A stretch of 64,000 nt of DNA from an uncultured candidate division WWE3 bacterium (GTDB taxonomy: Bacteria; Patescibacteriota; WWE3; UBA101185; UBA10185). Under the pieces are notes generated by a model. That model was not told where the DNA came from. It searched no databases and saw only the letters and a list, made by a program, of their open reading frames with translations. A program made the translations under genes and the position numbers. Where the stretch lies: assembly GCA_938004185.1 (NCBI GenBank), contig CALKWN010000065.1, positions 90,371 through 154,370 on the forward strand. Direction: 5' to 3'. Every line of letters starts with the position of its first letter. The first letter of the stretch is position 1. Positions 18,401-30,100 of the stretch are shown piece by piece.

Positions 18401-21127
18401 GTGCGGGAGTGGTATAATTTTGTAATGCCGGTTGTAAACTCAAGAAAGTACAAAAGGTATCGTTCAAAAAAGGGCCTTTTAAATAAAATTAAAAAATATT
18501 TTGATTTTTCACACGTCTCCGATGTTTATGAGAAGGCCAAACCGACTAACATGTCTTTAGCCGGTTTGGGCGAAAAAAAGCTTAAAAGACTGACAATTCT
18601 TTCATCTGCCGTGCTTTTTTTAATGGTTGTCGGTTTATTCGGCACCATAATAGTATTTGCCTATTTTTCCAGAGAACTTCCCGACCCTACCAGACTTCTT
18701 GAAAGAAGCTTTGAACTTTCCACAAGGTTTTACGACCGAAACGACAAGTTGATTTACGAGGTTTTCGGTGACAAAAACAGGACTTTAGTAAAACTCGAGG
18801 AAGTTAATCCTTACGTTACTTACGCTACTCTTTCAGTTGAGGATTCGGAGTTTTATCTTCACAAAGGTTACTCGATAAGAGGTATGGCAAGGGCTTTAAG
18901 AAACACCTTTACCGGTGAAGGCCTTCAGGGAGGCTCTACATTAACCCAGCAGGTTATAAAGAACACACTTTTAACCCAGGATAGAACTATCGTCCGTAAA
19001 ATCAAGGAAATGATACTTTCTTTGCAGTTAGAGAATAAGTACAGCAAAGATGAAATTATCCAGATGTATTTAAATGAAACTCCTTACGGAGGTCAGAATT
19101 ACGGTATATACAGCGCCTCAAAGGCGTATTTCAATAAACTTCCTAAAGACTTAACTGTGGCTGAATCGGCTTATTTGGCCGGATTACCTCAAAGACCGAG
19201 TTACTACTCACAGTTCGGCGCCAATCCCGAGGCGGGCCTTGAAAGAAAAGACTATGTTTTGTACTTAATGCATGAGCGCGGGTGGGTTGCCGGAGACAGC
19301 AAACGCCACTACTTAAGCACCGAAGATTACGAGGCGGCAAAAAGCGAGGAATTAAGGTTTGAAACCGCCCGTGTTCCGCTTGAAGCGCCACACTTTGTAT
19401 TTTATGCAAAGTCATACCTTGTAGATTTACTGGGCGAGGATGCCGTTGAAAAAGGCGGATTAAAAGTAAAAACCTCAATAGACTTGGATGTGCAGAAACT
19501 TGCCCAGGATACAGTAACAAACGAATTAGATAAATCAGCAAATTTAAATGTTTGGAATGGCGCGATGGTGGTACTAGATCCCAAAACAGGCCAGATTCTA
19601 GCTATGGTGGGTTCAAAAGGATACAACCTTGATCCCCAGCCTGAAGGATGTGTTTCCGGAACTTCGGGAGAAAATTCGTGCAAATTCGACCCTTACGTTA
19701 ATGTCGCTCTTTCACTAAGACAACCCGGCTCCGCAATAAAACCCGTAACTTACGCTTCCATGCTCCAGCAGGGTTACTCAGCCGCGTATCCCTTTTTGGA
19801 TATGCCTATCGCCTTTGAGGGTTCAGCTCCCGACAAGCCTTACGAGCCGGAAAACTACGACGGAATATTCAGAGGTGTTGTTTCTATGAGGCGTTCGCTG
19901 GCTAACTCATTAAATATTCCGGCGGTAGAGGCGTTAAAAATAGGTGGAATCGACAACATGATTGATCTGGCCGAAAAAATGGGTATTTCCACATTTACGG
20001 ACCGCGACAGATACGGTTTGGCTTTAACACTTGGTGGCGGAGAAACAAGGCTCCTGGAACTGACAGGCGCTTTCTCGGTTTTCGCGGCTGAAGGAATGTA
20101 CAACAAACCCACTCCTATAATAGAAGTGTTGGATTCCAACGGTAAGGTTGTTTATAAAGCACAGCATCAAAGTACTCGAGCTCTCGACGAAGGAACCGCG
20201 TTTTTAATTTCAGATATACTTTCCGACAACGGAGCCCGTTCAGATGTATTTGGGTCTAACAGCCTTTTAAACATTCCCGGCCACACAGTAGCGGCCAAAA
20301 CCGGAACGACCGATGATAAAAGAGATAACTACGCAATGGGATACACTCCTTTTGTTGTCGTGGGTGTGTGGGTCGGTAACAGCAATAACGAAAAAATGAA
20401 TCCTTACATTGCTTCAGGTATTTCGGGGGCGTCTCCTATTTGGAATACCTTCATGAAAGAATACCTTAAGAACAAAGAAGATCAAAAATTCAACATTCCT
20501 TCAAACGTTGAAAAATTCGAGGTTGATAGGCTGACAGGCGGCTTACCTTATGATGATTTTGAAAAAAGAAGTGAATGGTTTGTAAAGGGCACCGAGCCCA
20601 CCGCCAGAAGCGACTGGTTTCAGAGGCTCGAAATATGCGAAATCGACGGCCGCATCGCCAACGAAGGATGTAAGGATGCGGGCAAAACCGACGAGGAAAG
20701 TTTTGTACGCATAACCGCTCCTTACAGCGAATGGCAACCTGCGGTAGATGCGTGGGTAAAAGAAAAATATAAAGATGACGACAAATTCTTCCCTCCCCTT
20801 ATGGTGTCAAAACTGGAATTTGACGGAGACAGTGTTTCAAATAAAGACGATGTTAATGTCGAAATAGTTGGGGTTAAAGACGGTCAAAGCGTTCCGCTTA
20901 AGTTTAGATTAAACGTTGAAATTTCAGCATACAACGATATAAAGGTTGTAAGAATTTACATGGACGACAACAAGATTGCCGAGGACGACAGCAGTCCTTA
21001 TGGTTACAACTTCGAGCTCTCGGCATCGGATATCGGAAGTCACGAATTTAAGGCAACAGTTACGGACGAGGACGGAAACAAGGGTGAGGCAAAAATCAGG
21101 CTCAATGTTATCGGTTACGCAAGATAA
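18401..21127 (+). CDS. class A penicillin-binding protein (bifunctional glycosyltransferase/transpeptidase) with a C-terminal extension
   Basis: GT51 motifs SVEDSEFYLHKG and GGSTLTQQ. Transpeptidase motifs SAIK (SxxK), SLN (SxN) and KTGTT. N-terminal TM. The true start may be an internal Met. Confidence 0.85.
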   Translation: MREWYNFVMPVVNSRKYKRYRSKKGLLNKIKKYFDFSHVSDVYEKAKPTNMSLAGLGEKKLKRLTILSSAVLFLMVVGLFGTIIVFAYFSRELPDPTRLLERSFELSTRFYDRNDKLIYEVFGDKNRTLVKLEEVNPYVTYATLSVEDSEFYLHKGYSIRGMARALRNTFTGEGLQGGSTLTQQVIKNTLLTQDRTIVRKIKEMILSLQLENKYSKDEIIQMYLNETPYGGQNYGIYSASKAYFNKLPKDLTVAESAYLAGLPQRPSYYSQFGANPEAGLERKDYVLYLMHERGWVAGDSKRHYLSTEDYEAAKSEELRFETARVPLEAPHFVFYAKSYLVDLLGEDAVEKGGLKVKTSIDLDVQKLAQDTVTNELDKSANLNVWNGAMVVLDPKTGQILAMVGSKGYNLDPQPEGCVSGTSGENSCKFDPYVNVALSLRQPGSAIKPVTYASMLQQGYSAAYPFLDMPIAFEGSAPDKPYEPENYDGIFRGVVSMRRSLANSLNIPAVEALKIGGIDNMIDLAEKMGISTFTDRDRYGLALTLGGGETRLLELTGAFSVFAAEGMYNKPTPIIEVLDSNGKVVYKAQHQSTRALDEGTAFLISDILSDNGARSDVFGSNSLLNIPGHTVAAKTGTTDDKRDNYAMGYTPFVVVGVWVGNSNNEKMNPYIASGISGASPIWNTFMKEYLKNKEDQKFNIPSNVEKFEVDRLTGGLPYDDFEKRSEWFVKGTEPTARSDWFQRLEICEIDGRIANEGCKDAGKTDEESFVRITAPYSEWQPAVDAWVKEKYKDDDKFFPPLMVSKLEFDGDSVSNKDDVNVEIVGVKDGQSVPLKFRLNVEISAYNDIKVVRIYMDDNKIAEDDSSPYGYNFELSASDIGSHEFKATVTDEDGNKGEAKIRLNVIGYAR

Positions 21128-21170
21128 CAAAAGGCAATTCCCTTGACACATCCGCCCCTTACTGCAATAT

Positions 21171-22217
21171 TTGGTTAGGGATATGAAAAACGATTTAAAC
21201 TCAATTAAACAACAGGCGCAGGAAGAATTGGCGTCTTCCTCTACCTCGCAGGATGCGTCGGAATGGTACTCAAAGTATCTGGGCAAAAAGGGAATTTTAA
21301 GAAATCTAACTTCCGACGTGAAAGGTCTTTCAGAAGAAGAAAAGCGGACTTTAGGCCGTGGTGTCAATGAACTCAAACTGTTTCTTCAAGAAATTTACTC
21401 AAACAGGCAAGAAACCCCCTCAGTACAAGAAAAAGACGAGAAATTAGCGGATTTTTACAAAACTCTGCCGGGCAAAAAACCCGACATCGGGCATCTGCAT
21501 TTAATCACCCAGGCCATACGTGAGATAAATGCCGTTTTTGCAAAATTGGGTTTTGTGCGTGTGCGTTACCCCGAAGTCGAGTGGGACTACTACGCTTTTG
21601 AGGCATTAAACATGCCCGCCACCCACCCCGCCCGTGACGAGTGGGAAACTTTCTTTGTCGACCTTCCAGAAGACAAAAAGATGGGAAAAGTTGTTATTAC
21701 TCCCCATACATCGAGCGGCCAGGTTCGCGAAATGCTCAAAGGCGACCTACCAATTAGAATGATAAACATTTCAAGATGCGGACGCAGACAAATCGACATA
21801 AACCACGTGCCGACCTTTTACCAGTTCGAAGGCCTTTTAATAGACAAAAACATTAGCATCACCCATCTAAAGGGCGTTCTCGAATATTTCATTCATAATT
21901 TTTTTGGTAAGGACACCAAGTTCCGTCTGCGTCCCTATGACTTTAGGTTTACAGAGCCCAGCTTTGAGGTAGACGTAACCTGCAGTATCTGTGGAGGGAA
22001 AGGCTGCCGTTTCTGCAAAGAAGGATGGGTTGAGCTTGGCGGCGCCGGAATGGTTCACCCGAACGTACTAAAAGCAGGAGGTATCGATCCTGAAGAATAT
22101 TCTGGATTCGCTTTTGGCTGGGGAGTTGAAAGAGTTTTGATGATGAGATCAGGATTAAAAATCGACGACATCCGCCACCTGTTGGAAAATAACTTAAAAT
22201 TTTTGGAGCAATTTTAA
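21171..22217 (+). CDS. pheS: phenylalanine--tRNA ligase alpha subunit
   Basis: FEALNMPATHPARDEWETFF and class II aaRS motifs. Confidence 0.9.
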   Translation: MVRDMKNDLNSIKQQAQEELASSSTSQDASEWYSKYLGKKGILRNLTSDVKGLSEEEKRTLGRGVNELKLFLQEIYSNRQETPSVQEKDEKLADFYKTLPGKKPDIGHLHLITQAIREINAVFAKLGFVRVRYPEVEWDYYAFEALNMPATHPARDEWETFFVDLPEDKKMGKVVITPHTSSGQVREMLKGDLPIRMINISRCGRRQIDINHVPTFYQFEGLLIDKNISITHLKGVLEYFIHNFFGKDTKFRLRPYDFRFTEPSFEVDVTCSICGGKGCRFCKEGWVELGGAGMVHPNVLKAGGIDPEEYSGFAFGWGVERVLMMRSGLKIDDIRHLLENNLKFLEQF

Positions 22218-22218
22218 A

Positions 22219-24087
22219 ATGAACGTACTAATACCCCACTCATGGATAAAAGACTTCGTAAAAACAAATGCCGACGTAAAAGAAATTGCGCGAGTTTTGT
22301 CGGCTCATTCGTTTAGTGTTGAGAAAATAATTGACGAAGACGTTTTTGAAATCGAAGTTACTCCCAACCGCGGAGACGCTTTGTCTGTGGCGGGAATCGC
22401 GAGGGAACTGATGGCGGTACTTCCTGCAAACGGGTATTCTGTAGAGTGGGTTAAAAAAGAATTCCCACCTGCTGTATTTTCAGGTAAAGACAGTTTAAAA
22501 GTAAAAATTACCGACAGCACTTTAGTTCCGCGTTTCAGCGCTGTGGTTATAGATAATATAAAGGTAAAGGAATCCCCAGACTACATTAAAAATAGATTAA
22601 ATAAAGTAGGAATAAGGCCAATCAACAACGTCGTGGATGTTACTAATTACTATATGATTGAGCTCGGTCAGCCGATGCACGCCTTTGATTACGACAAAAT
22701 TTCAAAACACGAAATGATAGTGCGCGAAAGCAAAAAAGGCGAAGTTATCACCACTTTGGATGGGGTAAAAAGAACTTTGCCCGAAGGCGTGATAGTTATT
22801 GAAGACGGCGACGGAAGGTTAATAGACCTTTGCGGAATAATGGGTGCTGAAAACAGCGAGGTCGATGAGAATACAGAAAAAGTTTTGCTGTTTGTTCAGG
22901 TTTACGATCCGGTCAAAATTAGAAAAGCCTCGATGAGCCTGGGTCACAGAACCGAAGCTGCACTAAGATTTGAAAAAGGCGTGGACTTCGAGGGCGTTGT
23001 TCCTTCCCTCGTGACTGCTGCGAGAATGTTGGCGGAACTTGGGGGCGGCGAGGTGTCATCAGAGCTTATAGATATTAAAGGCGTCGAATACAAAGAGAAA
23101 AAAATAAAAGTTGATTACGAGAAAATCGACAGGATCGCGGGAATAGACATCGGTAAAGATTTTGTTGACGCGACTTTAGAGTCTTTGGGATTTGAGATTA
23201 AGGGAGGCGAAGCCCTCGTTCCGTCATGGAGATACGACGATATTGAAATTTCAGAAGATCTTGCCGAGGAAGTTGTGAGGATTTACGGATACGAAAAACT
23301 TGAAGGCGTTCTTCCGGGCGGTGCACTTCCCTACTCTGCCGGACGAGACACATTTGTTTTGGAAGACAAGGCAAAAGATTTTTTGAAACACATGGGATTT
23401 TTTGAATGTTATAACTATTCTGCAGTTTCAAAAGAACTCGCGGGGGAAAATGGGGATGCGATAAAGATTAAAAATCCATTAAATGAGGACTTCGAGTATT
23501 TGAGAACAAGCCTGACGCCAAAGTTGTTGGAAGTTTTAAATAAGAACCGTGGATATTCGGATAAAATCAAGGTTTTCGAGCTGGCTCCGGTTTTTCTGCC
23601 TTCAAAAGAAGATTTACCCGAACAGCCGTTACACCTTGGAATAGCGGCTAAAGGCCATAACTACCTCGAATTTAAAGGTTTCGTTGAGGCCTTGCTAGAT
23701 GAACTGAAGATTAAAAAAGAGATTTCTCACAAGATTAGAGAACACGTGAGCGGAATATTTTCCTGCGAGATGTGTTTTGATTGTTTGATGTCGTCTGCGG
23801 TTACACCACTCACCTACTCTACTCTAACCGGCTTTAACTCGATAAAGGAAGATATAACAATTATTGTAAAGGGCGGTTTTAGCTACGGTGACGTAGTCGA
23901 AGAAATAAAAGGAGCCGACGCAAGAGTAAACAAAGTATTGTTTAAGGATATATACGGAGACGCTTTGACTTTATCTATAGATTTTTTGGACAGGCATAAA
24001 CAAATCACCTCGGAAGAAACGAAAAATATCCGTGAGGATATTTTGAAGGGACTCGAGAGGAAGTTTGGAATAAAGCTGAAGGTTTAG
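22219..24087 (+). CDS. pheT: phenylalanine--tRNA ligase beta subunit (short form lacking the N-terminal tRNA-binding OB domain)
   Basis: Immediately follows pheS. B3/4 and B5-like regions. 622 aa against a typical ~800. Confidence 0.8.
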   Translation: MNVLIPHSWIKDFVKTNADVKEIARVLSAHSFSVEKIIDEDVFEIEVTPNRGDALSVAGIARELMAVLPANGYSVEWVKKEFPPAVFSGKDSLKVKITDSTLVPRFSAVVIDNIKVKESPDYIKNRLNKVGIRPINNVVDVTNYYMIELGQPMHAFDYDKISKHEMIVRESKKGEVITTLDGVKRTLPEGVIVIEDGDGRLIDLCGIMGAENSEVDENTEKVLLFVQVYDPVKIRKASMSLGHRTEAALRFEKGVDFEGVVPSLVTAARMLAELGGGEVSSELIDIKGVEYKEKKIKVDYEKIDRIAGIDIGKDFVDATLESLGFEIKGGEALVPSWRYDDIEISEDLAEEVVRIYGYEKLEGVLPGGALPYSAGRDTFVLEDKAKDFLKHMGFFECYNYSAVSKELAGENGDAIKIKNPLNEDFEYLRTSLTPKLLEVLNKNRGYSDKIKVFELAPVFLPSKEDLPEQPLHLGIAAKGHNYLEFKGFVEALLDELKIKKEISHKIREHVSGIFSCEMCFDCLMSSAVTPLTYSTLTGFNSIKEDITIIVKGGFSYGDVVEEIKGADARVNKVLFKDIYGDALTLSIDFLDRHKQITSEETKNIREDILKGLERKFGIKLKV

Positions 24088-24192
24088 GGTTTTTTTATTT
24101 ATATCGGTTGAAGGTTAGATGCCGATTTAATCCAGATTTTATTTTTACTTAATGCTTAGGTAGTATTACGGAAAAAGTGCGGATAGGTGTCT

Positions 24193-27100
24193 TTAATCCC
24201 CGAACCTTATTGCCCCACCCTCGTTGTACAAAACTCTTATCAGATGATCGGTTAAAGGTGCGTTATGTATGGTAACTTCATCAATCTGGCCGTCAAAATA
24301 TCCTGAACCTGCAGAATCTCGGCCGATGTTTAGTGCGGTAGAACTTAGAACAGTAACGGAATCTGTTTCCTCTTGGGTGTCTTCTAAAGTTCCATTTACG
24401 TAAATTTTAATATTTGCTCCGTCGTACGTGCACATTATGTGTGTCCAACTGCTTGCAGTCAGAGAACTTGTAGCTACAGCTGGGGTTTGATAAGTGCCGC
24501 TGGAATATATCTCACATTGCGGATTACCCGACGCATTTGTTGTAAGCTTAAATTCACCAGGTTTATGAATCAGCGTATCAGAGGCTGGAGAGGAATCAGG
24601 ATTAAACCAAGCACCGTAAGAAATGTTGCTGTAGCTAATCCCGTTTGCATGGAACAAGGGTGAGGTGGAACCTACTAGATAGTCATCAACACCGTCAAAA
24701 TCCAGACTTCCGTTAAACTTACCTTCTTTACCTCCGTACCACATCTCCCCAGACGATCCCTCGCAAGTGCCGACAGTAGTATTTCCCGATGACTGTGGGT
24801 AGATTGTTAAATCAATACCAACGGAGGTATCGTCAGAAGATCTACCAGAGTTGTGGGCCGTGCTTCCCGAACACTCATTAAATTTATAGTAGTACTTAGG
24901 TGCAATTCTGTTATATTCCCAAGCTATTTGTGCTTGAGTTCTGGTGTAGTCATAAAGTTTTACATTATCCATGGTTCCGTAAAAATAGCTGGATGCTGCG
25001 GGGGCGTTGGAACCAAAATATAACGGCATATTAGAATTTAGAATTACTCCAGAAGCACCGGTTGCGGGTGCGTGGGACAGTTCCTTATTTAAGTAAGCGT
25101 ATAGAACTGTACCATCTCTAACTAGAGCAAAGTGATACCACTTGTCTGTTGTAATTGAGAGCGTGTTGATAGTTGTATTTGACGACGCCCTCGAAGACGC
25201 GACCCACCTACATTCTATTATGTCGGTGGTAGTTATATAGCATAGATAGCTACTATAAGGATCTGTATTGTCAGATTTTACAAAGAGGTAGTATGTATTA
25301 CCCGCATCCGAAGGTAGTTGGTCAAGTTTAAACCACATCGATACGGTAATACCGTTTACAGGTGTAAGAAGATCGTTATCAGGAACGTTGGTATAGTCGT
25401 TTGTTCCGTCAAAAGCTAACCCACCACCGTTTTTCCCTGTATCCCATGTAGGATCGTTTGTGGCTGGAGAAGATGTATCTCCTAACATACCGAACAAATT
25501 GTTAGCACCGCTATCGTAAAACAATTGCCCTGACATCTCGTCCATTCTCCACTCTGCTACCGGTGGGCTACACGCAGCCGTATCCCCTGGAACACAATAC
25601 ATTCGGTCATACGAATTGCTGGGTGTTACCCCATCACTTTCAGTAGACAAAGCACCCCACTGCGATGTCTTGCCCTGATTCAACAAAACATTCGCCTCGC
25701 CCTGATTAATTTCATAATTAAAAATCGTAACCTCATCAATTGAACCCACAAACTTTCCTGTGTAGTCGTCTCCCCGGCCCCCGATAACAAGGGTGTTGTC
25801 TCCGTCGATACTGCCTGTTGCCGTAAGGTTTGTATTTGAATCGTTAAGTACGCCATCAATGTAAAGGTCAATTTGACTTGTCCCTATTTTTACAGCTGTT
25901 ACACTATGCCACTGGCCGTCGTACACGTCATCATCGCTGGAAACTGTGTCATCAGGTGACCATGTCGAGTCATCGTCAATTCCAAAGATTATGTTTCCTC
26001 CGGAGTTGAAATACAGCGCATACCCTGCGGTTGAGTTTCCACCACGACCAAGTACATACTCGGTACTTGAGGGGTTTGAGGAGGAGTCGGACTTAAACCA
26101 CATGTTTATGGCAAAGCTTTCGTCGTCAAAGACAAAGGCATTGTCATCTACATATGCGTAGTTTGTTCCCCCGTCATAAAATGCTTTATTAAATTTACCT
26201 GAAGTGGTAAATGCTGTGGCAGATGGAGGTGAGGCAACAAGTGTCAGGTTTCGGGAGTTTCCTGTTCGGTCGTAAATTGTTGTGCCTCCGTTTTCGTCGA
26301 ATCTATAGTGAGCGATTGGTGCACCAAGGGTTGAATCGGGTGCTGGGATTTGAGCGTCAAGATCTTTTGTCACTTGTTTTACATCAGGTGCGTATGAATA
26401 TATTTTGAAGTCGTCGAGGCGTCCCTCAAAGTTTTCGCCGGATCCGCCTTCCATTTGAGAGCCGTATGTTTTGCCGAGGAGAAGTGGTTTGTCTTCGGAG
26501 GCGAGTGAAAATGGAGTTGCGTTAGTAGTTGTATTTTCAAGGACACCGTTGACGTAGATTTTTAAATCGGAGCCGTCGAATGTTCCGGAGAGGTGATACC
26601 AGGTGTCTGCGGTCCAGGAGGAGGTGGTTGACGCAACACTAACATCAGATGTGTTCCCATATTTTGCAATTTGATTTACAGTCGTCCCCCCTGCTGTGGT
26701 AAAGGCTCCCCCCACATACAAATACCCGTTATACACACTCAAGGTACGGACCTGATTATTTGTCCCCACAGTAGCCCCTCCTATGGGGAGGCAGGTATCA
26801 GTTGAATCATCGTACTTTGCAATATTATTTACAGTTGTTCCTTCTGATGTGGTACCAGAAAAACCCACATACAAATACCCGTTATATGCTGCGAAAGCAT
26901 AGGTATCGGAGATATCTCCATCGTTTCCACCACATATGGCACTAATTGTATCCGTACTATCATTATATCTTGCAACTCTATTTCCATGGCTTGTAAAGCT
27001 TCCACCTAAATACAAATATCCGTTGTATTCTCCTAATGCGTAAATATAGCCACTTGTACCGGTTGCTCCCGCTATAGCACTGAAGGTATTAGTACTACCA

Positions 27101-30100
27101 TCATATTTTGCAATGTTTCCTGTAGCAGTGCCACCCGCAGAGGAAAAATCACCGGCCAAATACAAGTACCCTTTATATACTGTAAGAGCATAAACTTCTG
27201 CTGAAGCCGGAAAACCTATAGATACCCCCACAGTAGCTCCACCAATAGCAGAGAAGGTATCAGTACCATCATCATATTTTGCTATTCTGTTTACAGTCGT
27301 CCCCCCTGCTGTGGTAAAGTCTCCTCCCAAATACAAATACCCGTTATACACACTCAAGGTACGGACCTGACCATTTGTCCCCACAGTAGCACCGCCTATT
27401 GCACTAAATGTATCTGTTTCATCATCATATTTTGCAATGTAATTTACAGTCGTCCCCCCGGCTGTGGTAAAACTTCCTCCCACATACAAGTGCCCATTAT
27501 ATGCTGCGAGGGACCAGACAATACTACTTGTCCCCACAGTAGCTCCACCAATAGCAGAGAAGGTATCAGTACTATCATCATATTTTGCAATGTTATTTAC
27601 AGTCGTCCCCCCTGCTGTGGTAAATTCTCCCCCCACATACAAATACCCGTTATATACTGCTAGGGCGTGGACCCAATAACTTGTCCCCACCGTCCCCCCA
27701 CCCAACGCACTAAAAGCCTTCGCCGTCGCATCATTCACCACCCACTTCGCTTTCCCATCCGACTTATCCAAAAAGAACTGATAGTCACCCTTATCAACAA
27801 TGCCTTGGTTATAGTCCGCACCGGTAGAAAACTCCTCACCCATCTGCACCCACCCCGAAACAGCAACTCCCGCCTCGGGCGAAATGTACGCACTGCTGTC
27901 TGTGGTAACAAAATCATCAACTCCGTCAAAAGTCGCGCCCGTCCCATACCTTCCCGGAGCCCACGAGGCGCCGTTTGTTAAGGTTCCGGTGAGCTGGTTT
28001 CCGCTCGAGTCGTGTGCGGAAGTTTCTGTGTTTTCTTCAAATTTATAGTAAAGGTCGGGTGGAGGTGAGTGCTGATACAAACTATATATTTCGGAATCGG
28101 AGAGCGCCGTATTGTATATGCGCAAGTCGTCGATAAGTCCGTCGAAGGACTCGTCGGATCCGCCGGCCATTTGCGACCCGTAGGTCTTGCCGATGAGGAG
28201 GTCTCTGTTGTTGGTCGCGAGGGTAAAGGGCGTGGAGTTGGTGGTTGTGCTTTCCAGCACGCCGTTGACGTAGATTTTTAGGTTGGTTCCGTCGAATGTT
28301 GAGGCGAGGTGGTACCAGGTGTCGGGTGTCCAGGTTGAGGTTGAGGTGGAGACGGCGGCGGGGGTGTCGGAAGATGAGCCGTATTTCGCAATTCCATTTA
28401 CAGTCGTCCCCCCGGCTGTTGTCACATGATATCCCCCCAAATACAAATACTCGTCATATACCGCCAAGACTCTAACATGGGGGTCAGTGTTGCCTACCCC
28501 CACAGTAGCCCCACCGATGGCAGAGAAGGTATCAGTACTATCATCATATTTTGCAATTTTATTTACAGTTGTCCCCCCCGCTGCCGAAAACTCCCCCCCG
28601 AGATACAAATATCCTTCATACACTGCTAAGGAGTGGACGGAATAAGTTGCCCCCACAGTAGCTCCACCAATAGCAGAAAAGGTATCAGTACTATCATCAT
28701 ATTTTGCAATATTATTTACAGTCGTCCCTCCTGCCGCTGTCATATCATGTCCCCCTACATACAGATATCCGTTATATACCGCTAGGGATGAGCCCGCGAC
28801 GTATGATCCGCCACTAATTCCTACAGTGGCACCCCCTATTGCAGAAAAGGTATTAGTACTATCATCATATTTTGCAATGTAATTTACAGTCGTCCCCCCC
28901 GCTGTGGCAGTAAAATTTCCCCCTAAATACAAATGTCCGTTATATACTGCTAAGACTCTGACTGTAGGAGGGTCAGCTCCCGGCTCGAAGAGGCCGGGAC
29001 TAGCCCCACCAATGGCAGAGAAGGTATCAGTAACATCATCATATTTTGCAATTCCATTTACAGTCGTCCCCCCTGCTGTAAAAATATCTCCCCCAGCATA
29101 CAAATGTCCGTTATACACTGCCAAGGCATAGACAGAACCACTTGTCCCCACAGTAGCTCCACCAATGGCAGAGAAGGTATCAGTAACATCATCATATTTT
29201 GCAATGTAATTTACAGTCGTCCCCCCTGCTGCGGTAAATTGTCCCCCCACATATAAATACCCGTTATACACTGCCAAGGCATAGACAGAAACACTTGTCC
29301 CCACAGTAGCTCCACCAATGGCAGAGAAGGTATCAGTAACATCATCATATTTTGCAATGTAATTTACAGTCGTCCCCCCTGCTGTGGCAAAGCTCCCTCC
29401 CAAATATAAATACCCTTTATACACTGCCAAGGCATAGACAGAATCACTTGTCCCCACAGTAGCTCCACCTATAGCACTAAACACCTTCGCCGTCGCATCA
29501 TTAACCACCCACTTCGCCTCCCCACCAGACTTATCAAGATAGAACTGGTAGTCCCCTTTATCAACAATTCCCTGGTTGTAGTCTGCGCCTGTTGAAAACT
29601 CTTCATCCATTTGTACCCATCCTGAAACCGTAACCTCATTAGATACAGATAAAGATGGTGAGCTTCCCGCGTTAAGGTAGTCTGTCGTTCCGTCATATGA
29701 AGTAGCTCCCCCGTAAACTCCCCTATCCCACGCCACATCCTCATTTAGAGTTGCATCGTTATCAAACCCTGAAGAATCTGTTGCAGTAGCTCCCGTTGCG
29801 TCATCCATTTTCCAATAGGCAACAAGCCCGTCTGTAGTGTAGCTTGTATGATCATTTCCAAATGCAGCCGACGTCCCGTGCAAGGTGGGAGAGTAGCGGA
29901 TAATATCTGTTTGAAGCTCTGTGAAAGATCTTTCCTCTGCGTAAATTTTGAATTCATCAATATATCCGTCAAAGCGGTTTGAGGCTGAAGTTCCCCCGAT
30001 AGTTAGTGTATTTGTTTCTGTCGCCGGAGCTCCGTCTCCGTTTGTACTTGTTCCCATAAGAACCCCGTCAACATAAATTGAAATCTCATCATCCGAATCA

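Noticed and set aside
24088-24192. Possible bidirectional terminator between convergent pheT and the giant gene
   Set aside because: A T-run follows the pheT stop, but I could not identify a convincing GC-rich stem.
26630-29500. Possible CRISPR array suggested by regularly spaced near-identical repeats
   Set aside because: The period is ~150 bp. The repeats are in-frame inside a continuous 8.7-kb ORF and encode a conserved 50-aa motif. There are no unique spacer-like intervals. They are coding tandem repeats.
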